Assembly: GCF_000010625.1 (NCBI RefSeq)
Contig: NC_010296.1
Location: 2,130,001 to 2,162,000 of the forward strand
Source: Microcystis aeruginosa NIES-843
GTDB lineage: Bacteria > Cyanobacteriota > Cyanobacteriia > Cyanobacteriales > Microcystaceae
Direction: 5' to 3'
DNA length: 32,000 nucleotides
In this document: one piece after another, positions 22,936-30,830 of the stretch
Layout: every line of letters starts with the position of its first letter
How positions within the stretch are numbered: position 1 is the first letter of the stretch
Notes under the pieces: model-generated
Told to the model about the DNA's origin: nothing
The model's input: the letters and a program-made list of their open reading frames with translations, nothing else
Databases searched by the model: none
Translations under genes and position numbers: made by a program

Positions 22936-23718
22936 TTAAGTCGATGGGGATACACCGGGCAAGCGTTTATATTTCAAGTAATAGGCAAAACCTGTTATTA
23001 AAACAATAACTATTGTGCCGATACCTAAATAGTTAGGAACCCAAAAAGCTGCCGCAATGGTGTTAATTTCTCCTGGTTTTAAATGCCAAATTAACTGATC
23101 ATCAACTTTTTCTACCGGGGGATTTAATCCTGAGTCATCTTCAAGATTTTGACCAGCTAAGGGAGTCTTTAAAGCGAAGTCGATATCGACTAAAGAACCG
23201 GGGCTAATGATAATATTTCCCTGTTCGGAAAGCACACCTAAAGCCCGCAAATCAACGGTTAATTTTAAGTTTTTCTGGGTCAAAAAGAACCAATCTTGTT
23301 CTGTCACTGCCAGTTTTGAATCTAGTTGCAGTAACTTTATATCATCGGTATTAGGGGAATTTTTGATTTTAAAGGAAGAACTAGGATCAAAAAATTGATT
23401 GAATTTTTCCTCTAATTCCTGACTATTACTAAAGGGAATAGTGACAATTATTTCTCGTTCGGAAATATGATCGGTTTTCCCCTTAAGTAATTTTGCCCTC
23501 TGTTCGATACTATTTAACCATTTAGTGGCTTCGGTTTGACTGAGACTGGTTAAACGTTGTCCGAGGGTGATATGTTGAATAATTTCCCCGTGGTGTTGGT
23601 GGGGAAAATTAATGCCCACATCATAACGGACACAGCCAGTTAAAAAGAGAAAAATACCGCATAAAAAGGGCAGAATAAAGCGGGTTTTCCCGATTTTTTC
23701 GGTGGTTGGTTGATTCAT
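22936..23718 (-). CDS. Predicted lipoprotein with a C-terminal TM anchor (conserved cyanobacterial hypothetical, possibly DUF3153-type)
   Basis: Lipobox LFLTGC after a basic/hydrophobic signal. C-terminal TM segment LGIGTIVIVLITGFAYYL. It begins 3 nt after the rnr stop, so it is likely co-transcribed. Confidence 0.75.
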   Translation of the reverse strand: MNQPTTEKIGKTRFILPFLCGIFLFLTGCVRYDVGINFPHQHHGEIIQHITLGQRLTSLSQTEATKWLNSIEQRAKLLKGKTDHISEREIIVTIPFSNSQELEEKFNQFFDPSSSFKIKNSPNTDDIKLLQLDSKLAVTEQDWFFLTQKNLKLTVDLRALGVLSEQGNIIISPGSLVDIDFALKTPLAGQNLEDDSGLNPPVEKVDDQLIWHLKPGEINTIAAAFWVPNYLGIGTIVIVLITGFAYYLKYKRLPGVSPST

Positions 23719-23720
23719 AA

Positions 23721-25973
23721 TTAATCTTCTTCTAAGTCGTCATAACTTGCTGAACTGCCACCGCTAACCGTAACTAGATCGATTTGCTGACGATAATAGT
23801 CTACATCTTTTACTTCCACTTCCACCTCATCACCGAGACGATAGGCAACGCGATTTTTCCGTCCTACCAAACAGCTATGACGGGCGCGATATTCATACCA
23901 GTCATCCTTGAGAGAAGAAACATGGACCAACCCTTCCACTAATAAATCGGAAATTTCCACGAAAAAACCATAGGATTGTACACCGGTAATTAAGCCGCGA
24001 AAAACTTGACCCATTCTTTCTTTCATTTTCTCGGCTTTTTTCAATCCTTCTAGGTCTTTTTCCGCATCTTCAGCAATTTTTGAGCGATCATTAAGATGGG
24101 AAACAATGAGGTGGCTTTCTTCTTCTAACTCCTCCTGAATTTGACTTGGGAGAATATTCCAATGAATCTGTCCATGACAGCTATTACTGCCCAAATTAAC
24201 CCCGACTTTGACGATTTTGCTGCGGCGATCTTTCCCCTCTGTTAATAAGATTTTTAACACCCGTTGTACCCAAAGATCGGCATATCTTTGCAGGGGTGAG
24301 AGACAGTGGGTATAATTGCTAGGATAGGCCAAACCAAAATGCTGTAAAGGATGGCTGCTATATCTAACTAATTTGAGAGTTTCTTGCAGGAGATAATTGA
24401 GGACTTTCACCGATGTGGAAGCGGAAAAAATGCGGGTGAGATTTTGATAGTCATTGGGTTTAATCTCCTCCTCGGCAGTTAAATTTAATTCTGCCCCTAA
24501 ATTATTGGCTAATTTGAGTAAATCCTCCAATTCATCCCAATCCGGTTCCGATTGTCCACAGTAGATACAGGGTAAGTGTAAAGCTTGCAAATGTTCAGCG
24601 ACGACTTTGCCGGCTAAAATTGCCACTTCTGTCAGTAAAGAACGGGCCGGTAAATTATTAGAAGCGAGAACAGTCCCCCCCCGTCCTTCGTCTTTGTAGG
24701 GAGAGATTTTGTCTAATTGAATATCAAAACTACCCCGCTGCAGACGTTGGGATTTTAGGGTGGGGCAAACGCTAAAAAATAAATCTTTCAGGGTTTCAAC
24801 GGTATCGGTGGGGGCAGCTTCGCTATCTTCTTCACTGAGCAGATCGCGCACCTGTTGATAGGTAAAATGTTGATCCACTTGGATGAGGCTGCGGGTGATT
24901 TCGTACTCCACTAGCTCCCCCTTGTCATCGAGGGTGACGAGGATAGAAATAGCGGGGCGCTGTTCTTGCGGTGACAGGGAACAACGACTGGTAACGGCAG
25001 CCGGGACTAATGGCAGCACTTTTTCGCCTAAATAGACGGCAGTTCCCCGTTTTTTGGCAACTTTATCCAATAATCCGCCCCGTTCAATGTAACGGGCCAC
25101 ATCGCTGATATGAATGGCGACTCGCCAGCGATTTTGGTTGATTTTCTCTAAAGAAAAGGCATTTTCAATGATCGGGGGATAATCCAGGGGGTTGTCATCT
25201 TCGATGGTAAAGGTGAAGAGTGGGGTTAAATCTCGCAGTTGTTCTTTTTCGCCACTATCGAAGAAATCCGCTAAATTATCGGCAATTTCGAGGGCTTCTG
25301 GCGGAAAATTATGGGGTAGATCGTGTTTACAGGAGACGATATCGGTGTCGGCAGCGGCCTCGGCCGTGGAACCGAGAACACGAGTAACTTTACCGATGGG
25401 AGGCATTTCCCCTAGGGGATAACGGAGGACGGAAACATGAACGAGGTGATCGATGTTTTCTTGGAGATTTTGACCGTTTTCGAGGAGATTAAGGGTAAAT
25501 TTCAGGCGATCATCCAGGGGAACCGCCACAAACCGCTCATTTTCCTGTTTTACTTGCGCTAGAAGCGAAGGATTAGCTCGTTCGAGAATTAATCTCACCT
25601 CTCCTTCTGGGGAACGACGACGGGTTCCCTCGCGGATGATTTTGACTAAAACTCGATCGCCATTCCAAGCGTTACTTAAATGATTTTTCGAGACGTAGAT
25701 GTCATCAGCATCTTCGATATCTTGGATAGCAAAGCAAAATTCTTTGCTGGAACAGCGCAGCTTTGCTTCTACGACATTTTCCTCGATCACACGACGATAG
25801 CGCCCGCGTTCTTTGACAACCATTCCCAGACGTTCCAAAGCATCGAGAATCACTTGCAATTTTTCGCAGCTTTCGGGATCGTCTTCGCAGCCCAGTTTTT
25901 TTTCGAGAAGTTTACCCGTAGCTAATTTATCATCACTAAGATGAGAGAGGAGTGTGGCGATCGAGAAGTCCAT
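23721..25973 (-). CDS. rnr: Ribonuclease R / RNase II-family 3'-5' exoribonuclease
   Basis: RNB-domain core (AFSLE..., AIHISDVARYI, YLGEKVLPLVP, RYADLWVQR) and a C-terminal S1 domain FRGLITGVQSYGFFVEISDLLVEGLVHVSSL. 750 aa. Confidence 0.9.
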   Translation of the reverse strand: MDFSIATLLSHLSDDKLATGKLLEKKLGCEDDPESCEKLQVILDALERLGMVVKERGRYRRVIEENVVEAKLRCSSKEFCFAIQDIEDADDIYVSKNHLSNAWNGDRVLVKIIREGTRRRSPEGEVRLILERANPSLLAQVKQENERFVAVPLDDRLKFTLNLLENGQNLQENIDHLVHVSVLRYPLGEMPPIGKVTRVLGSTAEAAADTDIVSCKHDLPHNFPPEALEIADNLADFFDSGEKEQLRDLTPLFTFTIEDDNPLDYPPIIENAFSLEKINQNRWRVAIHISDVARYIERGGLLDKVAKKRGTAVYLGEKVLPLVPAAVTSRCSLSPQEQRPAISILVTLDDKGELVEYEITRSLIQVDQHFTYQQVRDLLSEEDSEAAPTDTVETLKDLFFSVCPTLKSQRLQRGSFDIQLDKISPYKDEGRGGTVLASNNLPARSLLTEVAILAGKVVAEHLQALHLPCIYCGQSEPDWDELEDLLKLANNLGAELNLTAEEEIKPNDYQNLTRIFSASTSVKVLNYLLQETLKLVRYSSHPLQHFGLAYPSNYTHCLSPLQRYADLWVQRVLKILLTEGKDRRSKIVKVGVNLGSNSCHGQIHWNILPSQIQEELEEESHLIVSHLNDRSKIAEDAEKDLEGLKKAEKMKERMGQVFRGLITGVQSYGFFVEISDLLVEGLVHVSSLKDDWYEYRARHSCLVGRKNRVAYRLGDEVEVEVKDVDYYRQQIDLVTVSGGSSASYDDLEED

Positions 25974-26394
25974 CTAACAATAATCCTTACTTACAAGACA
26001 CTGACGGAATCGTGAATAATTAAGTTTAAATACTTAATAATGGGAAGATTGATTTAAACTATTGACTCGAGAGATTATCTCTGTCGGGGTAATTGCGATC
26101 GCTGGTGGTGACAGTGAAGGTAAACTGACCAAGCATCGAACACCCGAACCTACCCTGAGAATTATCGAAGCCTTCGTTAGTATAAGCCAATAGCGAACAC
26201 CGGCAAACTTTTTGGCGATCGCTAGTCTTTCTGGCAGAAGCTTCAGCCTAGTAGAATCTTGTTGCTGTGGGCAAGGCTAATCCTAGGACTGAAAATTTTA
26301 TCTAACCTTTAATCTTAGCAAGAACTTGCTACATTTTTCCAGAATTGCGATAGAGTATTCTAATATAAGTACAAAAGAACTCGAAAAAGTCACC

Positions 26395-27216
26395 ATGTTG
26401 CAAAAGTTACGCCAACGTTACCCCCAAGTTGCCCTGATTAGCGAGTTAGTTCAAATCGATCACGGCAAGTATATTGTGAAAGCGATCGTCGAAATTGAGG
26501 GAAAAACGGTCGTTACAGGTTTAGCTGCGGCAGATACGGTGGAAATCGCCGAAGATAGAGCCAGAGAACGGGCTTTACTGCTTTTAGAGGCTGAAAGCAC
26601 CCCCGATCTCCAGCTTGTGGAAAAAGTCAGCCCCAATAATATTTCTCTACCAGAAGATTTACCTAAACCCGTCGCTAGTGCCAAAAAATCGACCAAAACG
26701 CCTAAAGTCACTGAAATACCTCGTCCTGAAGCTAAAATTGAACCGGAATTACCTCAAGTTAAGGATATTCCCCCAGCTAAAATTGAACCGGAATTACCTC
26801 AAGTTAAGGATATTACCCCAGCTAAAATTGAACCGGAATTACCCCAAGTTAAGGATATTCCCCCAGCTAAAATTGAACCAGAATTACCCCAAGTTAAGGA
26901 TATTCCTTTACCGGAACCAGAGCCTTTATTATTAGAAATGGAAACCGATAATTACTCCTTATTATCAGAATTGCCAGAAGAAGCGAGTTTAACCGAAGAA
27001 GAACCCCCAGAACCGGAACCAGTTGTTGTTATTCCCGAAGAAATCGATTATTCAGTTCTTAAAACTAAAATTGATGTGGAGATGAAACGATTAGCTTGGA
27101 CCACAGAAAAAGGTCGGGAATACCTGATTTCTACCTATGGCAAAAAGTCCCGTTTACTGCTAACTAATGAGGAGTTATTAGAATTCTATAACTACTTATC
27201 TAGTATCAGTGCCTAA
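26395..27216 (+). CDS. Hypothetical protein with four 15-aa Pro/Glu-rich tandem repeats
   Basis: I prefer ATG 26395 (MLQKLRQRYPQVALISE...). It has a folded-looking N-terminal ~90 aa, a repeat/acidic linker, and a conserved-looking C-terminal ~60 aa (RLAWTTEKGREYLISTYGKKSRLLLTNEELLEFYNYL). Confidence 0.75.
   Translation: MLQKLRQRYPQVALISELVQIDHGKYIVKAIVEIEGKTVVTGLAAADTVEIAEDRARERALLLLEAESTPDLQLVEKVSPNNISLPEDLPKPVASAKKSTKTPKVTEIPRPEAKIEPELPQVKDIPPAKIEPELPQVKDITPAKIEPELPQVKDIPPAKIEPELPQVKDIPLPEPEPLLLEMETDNYSLLSELPEEASLTEEEPPEPEPVVVIPEEIDYSVLKTKIDVEMKRLAWTTEKGREYLISTYGKKSRLLLTNEELLEFYNYLSSISA
26731..26910 (+). repeat. 45-bp in-frame tandem repeat x4 (AKIEPELPQVKDIPP)
   Basis: Units start at 26731, 26776, 26821 and 26866. 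They differ by only a few substitutions (c/t and c/a). Confidence 0.95.
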
Positions 27217-27424
27217 TCACTAAACCTGCTGCATAAATCAAAAATCTTCCGTTAAGTGAGAAGTCTCCGAGCCAGTATTCTCCGAGTCAGGAGAAGCAGA
27301 AAGAAATAGATTATTTCCTGGCAGTAGAAAAGCGATCTTTTTCTGTAAAAATCCTTAAATTAAGGACTTTAATAGCATCTGCGATTAAAAACTCAATTTT
27401 GCGGGAGATATAATAAAAAAGGAA

Positions 27425-27521
27425 GCTATTAAGTAGGGAGGCACAATTATTTGTAGGATGGGTTAGCGGTAGCGTAACATAATCGGGCGTTGGGTTTCAT
27501 GCTTCAACCCAACCTACGTTC
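27425..27521 (+). repeat. ~97-bp dispersed hairpin repeat, copy 2
   Basis: ctattaagtagggaggcacaattatttgtaggatgggttagcggtagcgtaacat...gggcgttgggtttcatgcttcaacccaacctacgttct matches 9812-9908 except for ~4 nt in the centre. Confidence 0.9.
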
Positions 27522-27525
27522 TTTT

Positions 27526-27570
27526 TCTCCCTATCTCCCTATCTCCCTATCTCCCTATCTCCCTATCTCA
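27526..27570. repeat. Octamer microsatellite (tctcccta) x5 plus a partial unit
   Basis: Direct reading of 27526-27565 gives five perfect units, then tctca. Confidence 0.95.
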
Positions 27571-27645
27571 CTGATAACTGATAACTGATAACTGATAACT
27601 GATAACTGATAACTGATAACTGATAACTGATAACTGATAACTGAA
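27571..27645. repeat. Heptamer microsatellite (ctgataa) x10 plus a partial unit
   Basis: Ten perfect units at 27571-27640, then ctgaa. The array ends at the base before the stop codon (27646-27648) of the minus-strand gene. Confidence 0.95.
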
Positions 27646-28842
27646 TTAGTTTCTCACCGCTTCTGTTTCCACTTCTTTGGGAACAACAACTGGCACTCCG
27701 CTGACTGTTTCGATTTGATAAATAACGCGACTTAATTGGGAAGGACAACAGAGAGGATCCGTGTCTTTATAGCGATTAAAAACCACAATAATTCGATCGC
27801 TATTTTGTAAAACAATTCTCTGAGATGCTCCATCAGTGCGGGAATCCATCGGTCGCGGGGAAAGAGTGCCAGCGAATTTACCATCGACAAAAACAAAGTC
27901 TTGATAACCCATCGGTCGGCACATTCCATCCACTCCACTCATGGCCGAAATAACGCTAGTTTTACCATAGGTTTGCACGGACCCGTACAGTAACCATCCT
28001 GCTTTATTAAGCGCTTGATCATTGGCAGTAATTGCCGGACGAACCTGTTCACGACACTGGTTATCAATCACGGTTTTAACGGGAGATTTGGGGATAGGTG
28101 CCTTGGCTTTATTCCAATTAGTTAACGGTCGATCAAACCAAGCTCGCGGAGTCTCTTTTTCTGGGGTTTGGCTAATAACTTCTAATAGCTTCCATGTTTC
28201 CGAATTTTGATTATTAGCTGGATTGGAGACGGTTTCAATGCTAACTTTAATTTGATAGAAAAATCCTGGTTTATAATCAAATCCCTCGATACTATTGGCG
28301 AACAATCTCCAGTTTTCCTCTGGTTTTTCTCGTATCTGTAAACAGTCTTTGGTTGGTCCTTGGCTACAGGGTTGTTTCCTAGAATTGATATAAATTGTCT
28401 TTTCCGTGCGCGTGGTGGTCGGTGCGGGGGTAAAAGTGAGTATTCCTAAACCTTCGGGAGTACGATAAAATAATTGTAAATCGCCTTTAACTGTTACTTG
28501 GAATTGTTCCACTCCTTGCAAGGCGGCCAGATATTGATTTTCTTGTTTCATCTGCGGTTCCGGACAAGCTTTTTTGGTAGTAGCGATCGCTTGGTTGATC
28601 TGGAACGTGCCATTATTGACTTGATAGCCAGTATTATACTGGTTGCATCCGGCCGAACCACTGAGGATATTTTTCTGGAAAGCGGCAGTAATTTCCGTTT
28701 CTTTCACCAAACTTCCAGCTGTCCACCCCCTTAGTTTCCATCGAGTCCCCTCCAAAGGGGAAGTATTAGCGATCGCCGCTTTCCCCGCTAAAGCACAACT
28801 TAGGGCAATTGTCAAGAAAATTCCCGTTTTTTTGGCGTTCAA
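27646..28842 (-). CDS. Secreted multi-domain protein: META (HslJ-like), DUF4377-like and LppP/LprE-like C-terminal domains
   Basis: LEGTRWKLRGW...GSAGCNQYNTGYQ...TKKACPEP is the META pattern. IYINSRKQPCSQGPTKDCLQIRE...FDYKPGFFYQIKV is DUF4377-like. The C-terminal domain is Cys-containing. I prefer TTG 28842 (GAGGAG 10 nt upstream), which gives the signal peptide MNAKKTGIFLTIALSCALAGKAAIA. The ORF-track ATG at 28974 adds 44 non-signal residues. Confidence 0.8.
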   Translation of the reverse strand: MNAKKTGIFLTIALSCALAGKAAIANTSPLEGTRWKLRGWTAGSLVKETEITAAFQKNILSGSAGCNQYNTGYQVNNGTFQINQAIATTKKACPEPQMKQENQYLAALQGVEQFQVTVKGDLQLFYRTPEGLGILTFTPAPTTTRTEKTIYINSRKQPCSQGPTKDCLQIREKPEENWRLFANSIEGFDYKPGFFYQIKVSIETVSNPANNQNSETWKLLEVISQTPEKETPRAWFDRPLTNWNKAKAPIPKSPVKTVIDNQCREQVRPAITANDQALNKAGWLLYGSVQTYGKTSVISAMSGVDGMCRPMGYQDFVFVDGKFAGTLSPRPMDSRTDGASQRIVLQNSDRIIVVFNRYKDTDPLCCPSQLSRVIYQIETVSGVPVVVPKEVETEAVRN

Positions 28843-29105
28843 AATTGCTATTCTCCTCGTCAAAGCAACAATTGTATTATGGCGTGGGGTAATCGACTGA
28901 GTGGTTAGGATAATTTTTCGGATTTCTCTTTCTGACCATCCCGTGACGGATGAAGAGAGAACAAGTTCCCTCAAACCTTAACCCAGTCAGAAAGTCATCG
29001 TTGTCAATAATCACTTTTTGCCCTCAAATGGCCAAAAGTTGCTCCGAGTTCACCTTAAGCAGTACAATAAAAACCTTGAGTGACCCCTTAAACAAAAAAA
29101 ACATT

Positions 29106-29450
29106 ATGGCACAAGGACAAGGATTCGGATTCGGTCTCGGTAAGATTAAAGAATTACAAGACGCTTTCCAAAAAGCGCAACAGGTGCAACAAGGGGCCAA
29201 AGTTCTGCAAGAAGAACTGGAAAATATGGAAATTCCCGGCCAGAGTGAAAATGGCTTGGTGACAGTCTATCTCAGTGGCAACCAAGAACCCCGGGGGATT
29301 GAAATCGATCCGGCTCTCCTCTCCCAAGATCTGGAGATTGTGGCTGGGTCTATTCTAGAAGCCATGAAAGTCGCCTATGATGCCTCCACGGAAACCATGC
29401 GCAGCAAAATGGAAGAACTGACCAGTGGTTTAAATATCCCCAGTATGTAA
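29106..29450 (+). CDS. ybaB: Nucleoid-associated protein YbaB/EbfC family
   Basis: [69 protein letters not shown]... has the typical length (114 aa) and pattern. The upstream ORF extension (28950-29105) overlaps the divergent gene and was rejected. Confidence 0.88.
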   Translation: MAQGQGFGFGLGKIKELQDAFQKAQQVQQGAKVLQEELENMEIPGQSENGLVTVYLSGNQEPRGIEIDPALLSQDLEIVAGSILEAMKVAYDASTETMRSKMEELTSGLNIPSM

Positions 29451-29509
29451 TCGCTTTTGACGGCAATGGTAAGATGGAAAGTTGGACTAACAAACAAGGA
29501 GGTTCAACT

Positions 29510-30232
29510 TTGCTGACTTTGGGTGTCAATATCGACCATGTGGCCACAATTCGCCAAGCGCGCCGCACCGTGGAACCGGATCCCGTGGCGGCGGCAGTTT
29601 TGGCCGAAATCGGTGGTGCTGATGGCATTACCGTTCACTTGCGCGAGGATCGTCGTCATATCCAAGATCGCGATGTGCGGATTCTCCGGCAAACGGTGCG
29701 GACTCATCTGAATCTGGAAATGGCCCCGACGGAGGAAATGATCGCCATTGCTCTCGATATTAAACCCGATTATGTCACCCTTGTCCCCGAAAAGCGCCAG
29801 GAAGTGACCACGGAAGGGGGGATCGATATGCTGGGCAATTTTGACCGTTTTTGTCGGGTTGTAGAGCGCCTGCAAGCGGCTAATATCCCCGTTAGTTGGT
29901 TTATTGATGCCGATTTTGCCCAAATTCAAGCGGCCGCTAATACGGGGGCGAAATTTATTGAACTCCATACCGGTCAATACGCCGAAGCACAACAGGAGAG
30001 CGATCGTCAAGCATTGTTAACAATTCTTAAAGAAGGTTGTGAATACGCTTCCTCTCTGGGTTTGCGGGTGAATGCTGGTCACGGTTTGACCTATGGGAAT
30101 GTTTATGCCGTCGCCTGTTTGCCCAATATGGAAGAATTGAACATTGGTCACACAATTATCAGTCGTGCGGTTTTGGTCGGGTTGGAACGGGCTGTTAGGG
30201 AAATGAAATTGGCTATGCGTGGACAATTGTAA
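29510..30232 (+). CDS. pdxJ: Pyridoxine 5'-phosphate synthase
   Basis: [66 protein letters not shown] prefer TTG 29510 (AAGGAGG 6 nt upstream), giving 240 aa. The alternative is ATG 29474. Confidence 0.93.
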   Translation: MLTLGVNIDHVATIRQARRTVEPDPVAAAVLAEIGGADGITVHLREDRRHIQDRDVRILRQTVRTHLNLEMAPTEEMIAIALDIKPDYVTLVPEKRQEVTTEGGIDMLGNFDRFCRVVERLQAANIPVSWFIDADFAQIQAAANTGAKFIELHTGQYAEAQQESDRQALLTILKEGCEYASSLGLRVNAGHGLTYGNVYAVACLPNMEELNIGHTIISRAVLVGLERAVREMKLAMRGQL

Positions 30233-30296
30233 AAGCCATCAGCTATCAGCTAATCTACCGACTAACGAACAATTACACTGAAAAATTAAAGGAAAG

Positions 30297-30611
30297 ATGA
30301 TGACAACTTATTATTATTTGGTAGCCAGTCAAAAGTTTTTAGAAGAAGAAGCGATCGAAAAGGAAGTTTTGAAGGAAAGAATCAGGAATTATCAAGAAAA
30401 AGGTCAAGAAATTGATTTTTGGTTAATTGCCAATCCAGCTTTTTTAGATACTCCCGCTTTTGCCGATATCAAAAAGAAAACTCCCCAACCGGCAGCGGCG
30501 ATTGTTTCTCTCAATCAACAGTTTATTACTTGGCTGAAATTGCGTCTAGAATACGTTATTACTGGACAGTTTGAAGCTCCTTCCGATAGTATTCCCGAAC
30601 CGTTAAAATAA
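30297..30611 (+). CDS. ycf54: Ycf54 (Mg-protoporphyrin monomethyl ester cyclase complex factor, DUF2488)
   Basis: (M)MTTYYYLVASQKFLEEE...IDFWLI..PAFL...PQPAAAIVS.N.QFITWLKLRLEYVITGQFEAPS matches my memory of Ycf54/Slr1780-type proteins. Confidence 0.8.
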   Translation: MMTTYYYLVASQKFLEEEAIEKEVLKERIRNYQEKGQEIDFWLIANPAFLDTPAFADIKKKTPQPAAAIVSLNQQFITWLKLRLEYVITGQFEAPSDSIPEPLK

Positions 30612-30631
30612 CCCTTTTTTGTCTGTGGTAA

Positions 30632-30766
30632 ATAAGTGGTTATAATTAAATAGAAGATAGATTTTGGGTTCGATCCCCCCTGCCCCCCTTGATAAGGGGG
30701 GTGCCGATAGGCGGGGGGATCCCCCTTAATAAGGGGGGCTGACGATTTTAACACCTACCTACTTAG
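30632..30766 (-). repeat. MITE-like element with G/C-run palindromes, copy 2 (inverted relative to 21549-21687)
   Basis: The reverse complement reads ctaagtaggtaggtgttaaaa...ccccccttattaaggggg...caccccccttatcaaggggggcagggggg...ttaattataaccac. Confidence 0.85.
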
Positions 30767-30830
30767 CTTGCCGTAACAAGGGAAAATTGCTAGTTTTTGT
30801 CTATGGCAAAAAATACAGACGAGGCACTGA

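Noticed and set aside
26615-26935. Alternative-frame ORF through the 45-bp repeats (LKLNRNYLKLRIF...), and the antisense ORF 26460-26711
   Set aside because: The frame giving AKIEPELPQVKDIPP is continuous with conserved-looking N- and C-terminal domains. The alternative frames exist only because of the periodicity.
27526-27645. Short tandem repeats considered as a possible CRISPR array; also the 61-aa ORF 27563-27748 translating them as LSVISYQ repeats
   Set aside because: The units are 7-8 bp and contiguous with no spacers, so this is a microsatellite and not a CRISPR array. The ORF is a translation artefact of the heptamer array and overlaps the real gene's 3' end out of frame.
28950-29105. 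N-terminal 52-aa extension of ybaB in the ORF track; similarly 26326-26394 for the repeat protein, 22759-22809 for fbp and 28843-28974 for the META protein
   Set aside because: The extensions lack homology-like sequence and overlap divergent genes or their leaders. Internal starts give family-typical lengths or N-termini, and better ribosome-binding sites for the META protein (also pdxJ, moved from ATG 29474 to TTG 29510). The start choices remain predictions.
29504-30226. Minus-strand ORFs 29504-30010 and 30017-30226, and plus-strand ORF 29523-29711
   Set aside because: They are antisense or out of frame within pdxJ, whose own frame carries every PdxJ signature.
30664-30680. gggttcgatcccc resembling a tRNA T-arm (GGTTCGAwTCC)
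   Set aside because: The flanking bases do not form a T-stem, acceptor stem or anticodon arm. The motif lies inside the MITE-like element, and the other copy (21640-21655) reads gatcagacgc instead. It is not a tRNA.
30515-30754. 79-aa minus-strand ORF (…PPYQGGQGGSNPK…)
   Set aside because: It is a translation of the G/C-run palindromes of the MITE-like element and overlaps the ycf54 3' end. It has no coding signal.
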